From Ascidiella aspersa (lineage: Eukaryota), in the NCBI GenBank assembly GCA_963924565.1, contig OZ004612.1:26102001-26166000 (forward strand): a DNA stretch of 64,000 nucleotides, in the 5' to 3' direction. The translations under genes were made by a program, and so were the position numbers. Numbering within the stretch: the first letter of the stretch is position 1; the number at the start of each line of letters is the position of its first letter. The notes under the pieces are model-generated. The model had not been told where the DNA came from, searched no databases, and saw nothing but the letters and a program-made list of their open reading frames with translations. Of the stretch, positions 12,144 to 22,424 are shown in pieces.

Positions 12144-12670
12144 CAGTGTTGTAATGACTTAAGTCAATGACTTGACTTAAGTGCACTTAAGTCACTGTTT
12201 TCAAATGACTTGACTTGACTTAAGTCTTTTGGCCAAAACGACTTGACTTGACTTAAGTCTTTTGGGCAAATGACTTGACTTGACTTAAGTCATGTGGTCT
12301 AATCACTTGGGTTAAAATAAATTGTTTTAATTAAGCATTTAATTATAAAATTGCGTTATTTAGCCCAATCTTTGCACATAAAAGAATTTGCTTGTTACAT
12401 GCTGCTTTTATGTTATTTGTGACTTGAGTTGCTCATAATAATCGGAGGAGTTTGCCAGTTTTCATAATTTTTTATTTTTTTGACAAGCGCTGGGCTTGAA
12501 GTTGACTTGCTCTAATTATGACTTGACTGGGACTTGACTTGGGCAACCGATGACTTGGACTGGGACTTGACTTGTTATTTATTCAAAAAGACTTGACTTG
12601 TACTTAAGTTATTTTACGAATGACTTGACTGGGACTTAAGTCATTTCAAAATGACTTGTTTACAACACTG
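12144..12670. mobile_element. Intact GACTT-pentamer hAT MITE nested in an older copy of the same family
   Basis: TIR cagtgttgtaa / ttacaacactg; exact 8-bp TSD gtgttgtg (12136-12143, 12671-12678). Host copy continues at about 12050-12135 and 12679-12978. Confidence 0.92.
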
Positions 12671-13066
12671 GTGTTGTGGACAAATGACTTGGTTGACTTA
12701 TATCTTTTGGACAAATTACTTGGGTTGAAGTAGAGCGTTTTAACTAAGAATTTTTTAGCATAAAATTCAGTTATTTATGTTAAATTTTCCACGTAAAAGA
12801 TTTTGCTTGCACTATGGGTTTTTGTAATTTTTTAATAGAGCTCATATTTGGATTGTTCTAGAGTATTAATAGTTTAGCGTATAATTTTTATGATAAGAAC
12901 TTGACATAAATTGACTTGCTCTAATTATGACTTGACTGAGTATTTGAGTCATTTCCAAATGACTTGTCTACAATACTGGGGAGACTGGAGACTTCATCTA
13001 TAAAATAACAAAAACAAAATGTACCGGTAGCAATATAATCGTATACTGGGTTTTAAAATTCTGCTT

Positions 13067-13240
13067 CTATGGTTGAATAGCTTTGTACACCAACTGACAT
13101 AAATTATGGTTTGGAGACAAATTTTCGCAGTCGGCATATTTCACCTTCCCCAAAGCTTTGAAGCCTTTGCTTTTCAAAGCCTTTCGTGTATAATAGAACT
13201 GGAATTGGCAACAACGTATACGCATTGTTCTGTTTACCTT
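13067..13240 (-). pseudogene. 3' fragment of a paralogue of the AANAT-like GNAT gene
   Basis: KALKSKGFKALGKVKYADCENLSPNHNLCQLVYKAIQP* aligns with RALKGCGFKVLREVKYAEY..NLSPIHTSCQLVYRAIHP of 7435-8262; frameshifted upstream. Confidence 0.8.
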
Positions 13241-14098
13241 CAGTGTACAAATCATGCTTTGCAAAACGCAGTACTGGTTTATTTCAATTATTTCGATTTC
13301 GTTCACAACAGCAGCGTACAATTACGCTCAGCACAAGGCAATACTAATGTAGAAGCGGTGCACGTTTTATGTAAGACGAAAATAAGGATTTCAGCACATA
13401 ATACGTCATTCACAAACAAAGTTTACCAAAATAAAAAAAACACCACAGTTTGGGGTGGTACGCAAACGCACGCCCCGCTAACAAAAATTATACCGCCGAG
13501 CTACCCGCATTTGAGTTAATCGCAAGCCAAGCCAAAGTGCATGCTAGGGTAAGACCTTGGGCCCACCGCCTACGTGATCACGGTGAAAATGGCGTTTGAA
13601 GAAGCGACTTCGTGTTGGTTCTGGTGCCGACTGCACTATACGCCGCAAAATGCAATCATTACAAAGATAGCAATTGGCCTCACAGAATAGAAAGCAACTG
13701 CCTTTAACGGGGAAGCGCTTAATTAATTGAGTGCACATGCGATGCCGAGCGCAATTATGCGTGGCAAGACCAAAAAGTGTAGCAATAACGAACGGAGGAA
13801 AACTTAGATTACAAGCTTAGAAAGAAGTTCAGTAAAACTAATTTGGTAGGAAAGATTCACTGTTATACGCTCAGTATTTGACAGAACAAAAGGCTGAAAA
13901 ATACTTGTATATAGGTAGTTTAGAGTTGTTTTACCAGTAAATACCACAGGTAGTTTTAACTGATAGCCTTTCTGTAGAATTAGGTCTAAAGTCCCACAAA
14001 CTATCACTTTCAACAAACAGAAAATTAGAAGAGTTTAATTATTTACCAACTTGTTTAGTTTATAGCGATTCGTAGAATCAGATAAAAGGTAAAAAACG

Positions 14099-17000
14099 TC
14101 AGTAAATATTATTCAGTCCGACAAATTCTAAGGATCTGCTTCCAGCAGAAATCCAGCACTTTACCCAGTCGAGCGGCTTCGAACCAGTCGCTAACTTGTA
14201 CGCGCCGAACAAACCAAGCACAGAAAGGATCGCGTAGGAACAATAAATTTCCCGACGTGCCCTGGCCATGGTAGGGTCTTGTTTAAACATCTCGTCGGTA
14301 AATTCGCCGCCCTTGTTTTTATGCGGGAAAGGTTTGGAGGGAACTTCTTTGCCCAGAAAGCTACACAGCGGGCCCCAGCCCTCTTTCACCGAGAAATGGA
14401 GAAACTTGTCTTTGGGCGCGTTCTAAGAAATGTAAACAACCTTAAGTTGACTAAATTTGATTCTACCAAAATCCTATCCACCGACTTTGGATAGTTTCGG
14501 TATAGCTTTATATTTTTAATACCGGTTTAAAGTTTACACCGCTGTTGTTCAAATCTAACAGTATTGTATGAATACAAACTCTGGTTTAAAATCAAGAAGT
14601 ATGGTCGCTTGGCTTGCTACATATGTTTTGTGTCGCAACACAAGTTTAAAACTGTCGTTTTGTAATTCACAATGTCAAAGACAAAATTTAATCACTGTTT
14701 TTACAAGTATACAGTCTTAATTTGCGTTTCTTTGTTTGCATTCGTCAACTTTTCATTGGTCGTTTACACTTTTGACAAAGCTTGTATTAAAATAAAATAA
14801 AAATTGATGCATCCAGGGCTGTTGGGCCGGAGTCAGACTGGGGACTCGACGGAGTCCGTTTATTCCGCTGGTGTCGGACTCTTGACTCAAGCTACAAGTA
14901 AGACTGCTCGTCAGACTACTCGACGGGGTTGGACTAATAGAGATGTTTTGACCGACTTTCCAGTACTGGATGCAGCAGTAGTGATATGGTAGGCTGTGTA
15001 AATGGTTCAATTTATTGTTTTTAGTGCCGTGTAATGTAATATTATTAATATTTATGCAGCCATTCGCGGCTCCATAGTAGGACTGGATAAATTACAAAAG
15101 AGGTGCTACACTTGGAAGTAAGGAACGTTTGTCAAAAGTTACGACAACTTTAGAGTGGTTCAATATTTAAAAGGTGTAGCTTTAACATGGTTATACAGTT
15201 ACGTTGTTTGTTCACATATAGTGACGATTTCTTTGATGGCGAAACATATAATATATTATATGTAAGATCTTTTAATAGTGTCTGACCTGAATTGCTAGCT
15301 TTACTGGAGTATTCTGCGACATAAATCTTACAAGGGTCAAGGTGATTTCCAACATCACATATTCACTACAACTTTAACTATGGCATAATCGGATTCACCG
15401 ACGACCGCTATTGCATTCACACTTAACCCTAAGGGAAGCAAATACAAAATGTTTATTTTTTTGTAAGTTATCGTTTGGTTAAAAAATTCGTGAAAATTGC
15501 ATTGTAATTTTTTGAAAATTGCATTGTAATTGATTAGACCAGTGGTTCCCAAACTGTTGGCCATGGCCCATGAGTGGGCCACAAGACTATTTTCGTTGGG
15601 CCATAGAGCTATTTTAAACATAATCCAACTAATAAGAATATCAAAGCCCATACAGAAGTAGGTATCATCAGATGTTGAAAATGAATAGAGAGTTATTTGA
15701 AACGTTCAAAATGCTACTTACTTCTGTATGGGCTTTGATATTCTTATTACGTCTTACTACAACCTCCAACCATTATGCTCCATAATCCAACTAAATATGT
15801 TATGTTTTACGAAAATAGTTGTTAGCATATTTTAAACTTATAATAGGAACGAGGCCATTTTTTGGATTATTTGGATGTTGTTAGAATCAATGTATTTATT
15901 GGGAAATTGTCCGACTATATGTAGGCGTAAATTGGGAATACAAAAAGGTAACGGCACATGTTGGGCCACAAACTGTTTTAAGAAAACAAATTAGGCCACG
16001 GAATAAAAAAGTTTGGGAACCATTGGTTTAGAGTTTAGACACTATTGCAGTGTAAACAATATTGAGGAGGTTCGGATGAACATTAAGTTCGATTTCGGCC
16101 ATAGAGAAATAATCACGACTCGTTTGGTTATTTGCCAGAGGGGACCGATTAAGTACTTTCCACAAATAGATGCCTGAAGTAAGTCAAACGTTTATTTCAT
16201 TATTGTTTGTTTCAGTCGAGGTAATCGGTTTATTGTGCTGGAGCCGGACTGAACACTGGAGTACGTAAAACTACCCAGTTCCAGAGTCGCACGCGCGCAT
16301 GCGCATAACCAAATTTCGTAACTGATAAACCTCAAACGGTAAATTGTGAATGTTGTGGAACGCAACCGCGCCATTCCCGAGCACGCGGCTCGAGGCATTC
16401 TTGTGTTATTTTAATTGCTATGCGTTGTTTGTGTGTACGCGCTTGATTTGTCCCTACTGCAGGAATGTAATTGGTGTGTTTGCAATTACTTCGTGAGCCT
16501 ATAAAAGGCTGTTCACTTACTACTACGTTACCATTCCATTTTACTGATTTCGACTGAATACAACCTAAGTTACAACAAAATGTGCTTATTTGGACTCTGT
16601 AAAGAAGCAAGGCGCAAACGTGATTGAAAACACAACAGTGAAGGTGGAATAGCATTTGATGGAATTTTCCAAAATAACTATTTTGGATGTGTGAGTTCAT
16701 TTTATCGACGTCCATAGCCTCGCTTTGTTTAATAGTATTCATTTTTTTGTAAGTTTACCGCAGTGAAATATGCGACATTCTCAGAGGCTGAATATTTTAG
16801 TCCATTTTTGTTTTAAATGGTAAATTATAGTAGTTGTTACGTCTTAAAAATAGACTTACCTGTATAACGTTAGCGTTGTGACTCCTGTACGCTAATTTGC
16901 ACACGAGCTCATTGAAGCGATTTTTTCCGAACCAGGCAGCCGTCGTTTCGTCCCAAAGAAACGTACACATCACTAAATCAAGAACGCGTTTTGTTAACTT

Positions 17001-18585
17001 TAAAGTGATTTGAAATGATTTAAAACCATTTTGTTTATTTCTATTCAAAGTTAACAGTTACATTTTTGGTCTAACATTGATTTTCTAGATTAAGATCCCG
17101 ATTTTACCATAAGTAGGCTACAGCTTTTAGTTATTACTATAGGGTTATTCGATACGTGTTTTTTAATTTCCATATAGCTGTTACGTTAGGTTGAAATTAC
17201 TGCTATCCGATACCAAATGACGTCATTACAATGGTAATTTAAGAAAAATTATTCATAATGATAAGTAGGCTACAATGGTAATGGTTTTTGTAGCCTACTT
17301 AATTTTGCCATCACCCAACTCATTTGTCTAAAGGACTTTAGTCAAGTCAATTCATTTGTCCAATAGATTTACATCAAGTCATTTTGTCCAGAAACTTAAG
17401 TCAAGTAAATCATTTGAAAACAGTGACTAAAGTGCACTTCAGGTCAAGTTGTTGCAAATAACCTGACTTAGTGGGACTTAAGTCATTTTAAAAGACTTCT
17501 TTACAACACTGGTATACAGTTTTGTTGCAATGAAAAAATGTAAAGATGTTGGAGAATAAATTTTGTCATTACCAGGCCTTAGTATAACCTACTTAATTTT
17601 CCCATAAAACGGTAATAACGCCTCAGGGTCGGCGACAAATAAGTGTACATCCTCATCGTGAACGTTTGTTCAGTTTCCATCTGCTTTTCCATACTCTTCC
17701 ACCAGATTTCCTCGTTTTCCCTCGTCATCAGAATAATCTACAGTGCAAAAACTATATTTAAACAAGTTTTGTACAGAAAATATATTAGGTATATCCATTA
17801 CAAGGGTGTGATTGGTAAGTTGTGAACTTGTGAACCGCGATTCGTATCAGGACCACTAATGGTATGAATGCAGCAAATGGTTCACTGGTGCTGGTGGCCA
17901 TGACCCCCAGGGTATAAAATTTGCCCATTTTAAGTTCGTAAATAAAAACGTTTTCGCAAATCTAATTTGCGCTTTGTGCTACTCGGTATCATCTTTCTAA
18001 TGAAGCTTTTGTTTTGAAAGTAAATTCTGTCTAATCTATAACTTTAACAAACTAATTTAACTGTGTAACGTTCCTAAGGTTTACTTTTGATGACTCCGCG
18101 TTTCAATGTTACTGTGTGATGTCACATGTGACGTAACTTTGTAACGTCACATTTAGACGTAACTTTATGACGTCGCCTCTAAAAAAAAGTCATGATCCCA
18201 AAAAACTAACGCCCTTTAGATCCACGCCTAAAGCTATAGCATTCATATTTGGACGTAAAACACTGTATAGTTTTCGCAGTCAAACATTTAACTGCTGGAA
18301 ATATCCTTCGAACTAGTTAAACGTGCGCATTACCTTCGATTCAGGAAAGGCTTCGTGGATTTGCTGCCAAAACGCACACGCAGGTACGTCGGTAACGGCG
18401 TCAACGTTTGTGTACATTCGACGGAAATCTTCTGTACTTCCACCAGTCTCAAAAATCCGCTCCCACTGGGCTCCATGATTGTTGTAATGGTCCATGTAGT
18501 CGTACACGTTGTATCCCAGTTCCTGTAGAGCGGCCGCCATCGTTTTGGTGCCTGTTTTGCAAGTCCCGGCGTATATCACCTTCAT
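14099..18585 (-). CDS. Sulfotransferase-like P-loop protein (Sulfotransfer_4 family) with C-terminal hydrophobic segment; 4 exons
   Basis: Exons 18585-18334, 17737-17593, 16972-16860, 14422-14099; all GT-AG, phases 0/1/0 consistent. Motifs: MKVIYAGTCKTGTKTMAAALQELGY; VDAVTDVPACAFWQQIHEAFPESKIILMTRE..WW.S; YRSHNANVIQNAPKDK; EGWGPLCSFLGKEVPSKPFPHKN. Confidence 0.9.
14814..14960. mobile_element. Truncated GAGTCG-repeat MITE in sulfotransferase intron 3
   Basis: cagggctgttgggccggagtcagactgggactcgacggagtcc matches the left end of 25921-26340. Confidence 0.65.
15540..16025. mobile_element. hAT-type MITE (CAGTGGTTCCCAAAC) hosting a hairpin element
   Basis: TIR cagtggttcccaaac / gtttgggaaccattg; approximate TSD gattagac / gtttagag. 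Confidence 0.75.
15630..15780 (-). mobile_element. About 150-bp hairpin element (31-bp perfect inverted repeat) flanked by a 14-bp direct repeat
   Basis: Arms 15630-15660 and 15719-15749 (taataagaatatcaaagcccatacagaagta); flanks cataatccaactaa at 15619-15632 and 15781-15794. Confidence 0.75.
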
Positions 18586-20627
18586 TCTTCCTATAGGTTG
18601 TCAACCTGCAAACTATCCAAATTATGCGTTATGCCAACCTATGGCTCGCGAGCCTTATATGGCTCTTTTAATGAAAGAATCTTGTTGGCAAATAAATCTA
18701 AGCTATCATTTTACAGCATGATCTTAATAAAATTGCAAGCGGCCACTACCGCTCTTCTCACTTTATATTTCCTTATTTATTACGCATGGTAGCAAATTTT
18801 AGGCGCTTCGCGCGAATTTCTTTATATCCATAATGCTCTATTCTTACCACGGAACTCCGTAATCAAAGTTGTGCAAACTTGGCTTATTAATTTTTGGTGC
18901 ATATTATATTATGTTCTGTCCTTCAAATGAGAACAAAATAAACGTTTCTGCTCTGTTTACTATTTTTTGCCACTCTATAACTAGATGTTAAAAATATTGT
19001 ATGGCTCTCATGGAAATACAACACTAATATTTGACTTTTAGGGCTTCCTTAGCTAAAAACGTCAACGAGCCCTGCGTTATTCCAAAGGTTTGTAACGTAG
19101 GCCCACATTCTTATGGCCCGGACAATTTTGTTTAAGTAGTCTATTTAATCGCTATATTGACTGTTTTTGTTGTTTCTTGCGGGGTCTTTGGTAGTTTAAA
19201 CTGGGCATCCCGTTACAGCAGTGTAGGAGTATACTAGCAGCAATGTTCGAATATATATACATACTAACATCACTGATCACATCGACGTTACTATTAGCAT
19301 CACATTGTAGCGACCCCGATTATTCCTGTATAACATGCATTTTGCTTTTGGTCATGAAATAAGTGTTTATTATTTTAAAATTTAAACAAGTGCTGATAAA
19401 TGTTTTCCTTCTCTCTGTAAAAGTTGCACCCTGTGCAGTTCATTTTCACTTTGCATGTCTGTTGTATAGCCTACCAGTGTTGTAATGGCTAAAGTGCACT
19501 TATGTTACTGTTTGCGAAGACTTATTTTAGATCTATCAGGTTTTACAAAACTGACTTGACATTTTAAAGCTAAAATTTTTTTTAATTGTTTTTTAAAATT
19601 ATCACTTCTATAATGAATGGATCTTACTATTTGTTTCGTTTTGTGTGTATAGCCTGCTTTGCAAAATATAGGCTAGGTCAGAAATGGAATGTGCTTGTTT
19701 ACAACACTGCTTATTCCCTATGAATGGTATGGGTACAAATTGCTTGCAATTTCCCATAAATTGTGCAGCTATTTGTGTTTTTCACAAACTGTGCAGTAAT
19801 GGTTTTGCTACTAAATGCGTTTCTTACAAAACCATTGTGGTATGCCTCAATCTTACATTCAATTTTCCTGACATTACAAACTGTTGCGCACCCTGTGGTA
19901 AAGTATATTAACAGCGGTAGACTGTAGAAGTAGTACTCAAAACTACACCGTTTAGCTGACTGTTCAATATCTTCGACAACTGTAAATGGTTTTCAGTACG
20001 ACAACTGTAAAACTTACAAGCTAAAACACTTTGTTAAAAACATTTCTACAAGCTAGTTTAGCACTTCGTTAAAAACATGCAGCTCCATTTGGCTAACCCC
20101 TGTCTTAAGAAGGTAGGCTACTTGGGCCATGCGATGTTTGCTGAGCCCTTTATTAATAATTGTCAGGGGCTGGCGGTTTTCATTAGTGTTTACTTTACAG
20201 TTTGACATGTATGCTGGATTTAGTGAAACATTGTACGCACATGTTGAAAATATTATTACGTTGAAGATGTTAAGGCCTAAAATGACAAATATTTGCTTTT
20301 AAAGGTTTTTTCTACCTGCTGTACAAGTTAACAACATTGTATGTAATGAAATAATTAAAACAACTATCTACCAATGAACAAGTATGTTTTGTTGCAGACT
20401 GGACAAAATCAGAACAAAACTACCAAAATGTAAAGAAATCTTTTGGGCTGAAAGTCAACGGAACAAAGAGTCGAGGCTAATCTTTACTTGTCTACGTTTC
20501 AATAGCCCGACTTAACAAAGGTTTTGGAACAGCCTTTGTTATAATATATTCTATTGCTATGTTTGTCGCTCATGCAACAAATAAGGTTGCGAAGTAAGAT
20601 ATGCTGCGCCTTCCTAAGTAACTAGCC

Positions 20628-20927
20628 CAGTGGTTCTCAACCTTTTTTCTTTGGTGGCCCATTTTCGTTGCATAAAAATTATGTGGCTCAATAAATTTTC
20701 ATGAAGGGACAAACTATAAAAAGGTTTAGAACAAAATACAGCGGAGCATATAACAATAAATTACATTTCATTTACATTCCCACTCAATTCGTCCCCAAGC
20801 TATTATTCCTGTAAAATTAGGTATAGTAACACAAATGAAACTAAATTCTTCAATAAATCTAGCTTTTTTAAAATTGGTCTGTGGCCCATCTAGAAAGTTT
20901 CCATGGCCCAGTGGTTGAGAACCGCTG
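20628..20927. mobile_element. hAT-type MITE (CAGTGGTTCTCAACC)
   Basis: TIR cagtggttctcaacc / ggttgagaaccgctg; exact TSD aactagcc; homologue at 51830-52175. Confidence 0.88.
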
Positions 20928-21526
20928 AACTAGCCTAACTATTGGAATTTGTGTTTAGCAAAACTAAGATAATTAAGGATAACTGTGAAAAACTGAACGT
21001 TAAATGAATAGACCTGCGTCGCTAAAATAATTGGTGAGTTTAATCTACTTTGTGAATACGTTTCTGTTGGTTGTTTAGCAGTTGGATTTCTTGTTTAGAA
21101 AGCGTGCTTCGTCCTATCGTTCTGTCATCGTGCTACATGAAAAGACTTCGTTGCCGTGATACGCTCTTGAATTTCGCGTCATTCCACCAGGATTTGGAGA
21201 CTGTCGTCATTGTATGTTAGGGCAGTGGTTCTCAACCTTTTTTTATCTTACGGACCGGTAAAATTTCAAAACAAATTTTGCGGACCGGTGGACCTTCAAA
21301 AATCAAAATCAACCCAAAAAAAGTATGCAACTTAAAAGCAAAGAATGGAAACTTAAATTCATTGAGCAATTTGCTGGTGTCTCTTTGATATCATACGTGT
21401 TATACGTGGTTCTATCAAAGATTTTCACATATAACTGGTCCTAAAATTTAAGACTTAAACAATCTGTAGACTACTTTTAAACAGTTGGCGCGTTTTATTC
21501 AAACAACCCCATTGTTGAGCCTTTTT

Positions 21527-21730
21527 GGTGCTGGTCTAGAATTACATATTTAGTTTAACACTAACGGAAACGAGTTAAAAATTGCAAGGAAAGCATAAAT
21601 ATGTAAGAATATATATATAATAATGATACACGACCCAACCAAACCTAAACGCTAACTCTCACCTTAACCCAAATATGGTTAACAATATAAACACCCGGAC
21701 GAAAATGTGGTAGGATTCTAGACCAGCGCC
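21527..21730. mobile_element. Short inverted-repeat element with taaccc-like internal tract
   Basis: IR ggtgctggtctagaat / attctagaccagcgcc; related partial copy at about 31530-31660. Confidence 0.55.
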
Positions 21731-22266
21731 GACTTTTGTATGTCGGCTATTCTTAGTCTACGCTAACTTTTTATACGAAACCGGTAATAAAAATACAATA
21801 GTAACCTCTCTCGTAGAAAACCGTTTTTTACAAATCTAAAAAAGCTACGGTAAGAGAATCATCAAGCTCTGTCAGTACGCATCTGTAGGAAATACCCACC
21901 TCATGAAATACATGCCCCTTCGAAATCTTTTAACTCCTAAACACGACTATTTTTGTTGAAAATAGTTTACGTCGCGTTTTATTTGCGGAAACCCTACTTC
22001 CATTTGTGTTATTATTGTTCACACCAGGACACTGTAACTACCGGAACGTTACGAATAGCTTGGAACAAACAAATAAATCATAGTACGCAATCTGAAGAGG
22101 CTGCTTCAGTCTGTTGACAACTATATCTGCGAGGTAATATTGTGTCAACACCGTCACCCATCCCAAGAAAATTGCTAAAATTTCGCCACAAATGCTGCGC
22201 AAGGAAAATTAACAACTATGCCCAGTTTGTAATCCCACGACTATCAACAGTATATTCGATCAATTG

Positions 22267-22424
22267 CAAAGCCAAAAAGTTCGAGTAAATCAACATCATT
22301 TTGATTTCAACGTTTTGATACGAGCTTGAATGATCAACAGGTAACAATAACGGTTAACGTATGACAATATAAGTTCGTATCTGTAATAAAGATGATGTCG
22401 ATCTACTCGACCTTTTTGGCTTTG
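22267..22424. repeat. About 36-bp imperfect inverted repeat (small MITE or foldback)
   Basis: caaagccaaaaagttcgagtaaatcaacatcatttt versus aaagatgatgtcgatctactcgacctttttggctttg. Confidence 0.6.

Noticed and set aside
12144-12670. CRISPR-like or satellite interpretation of the GACTT and GAGTCG arrays
   Set aside because: No repeat-spacer structure; bounded by TIRs and 8-bp TSDs, so these are MITEs in eukaryotic DNA.
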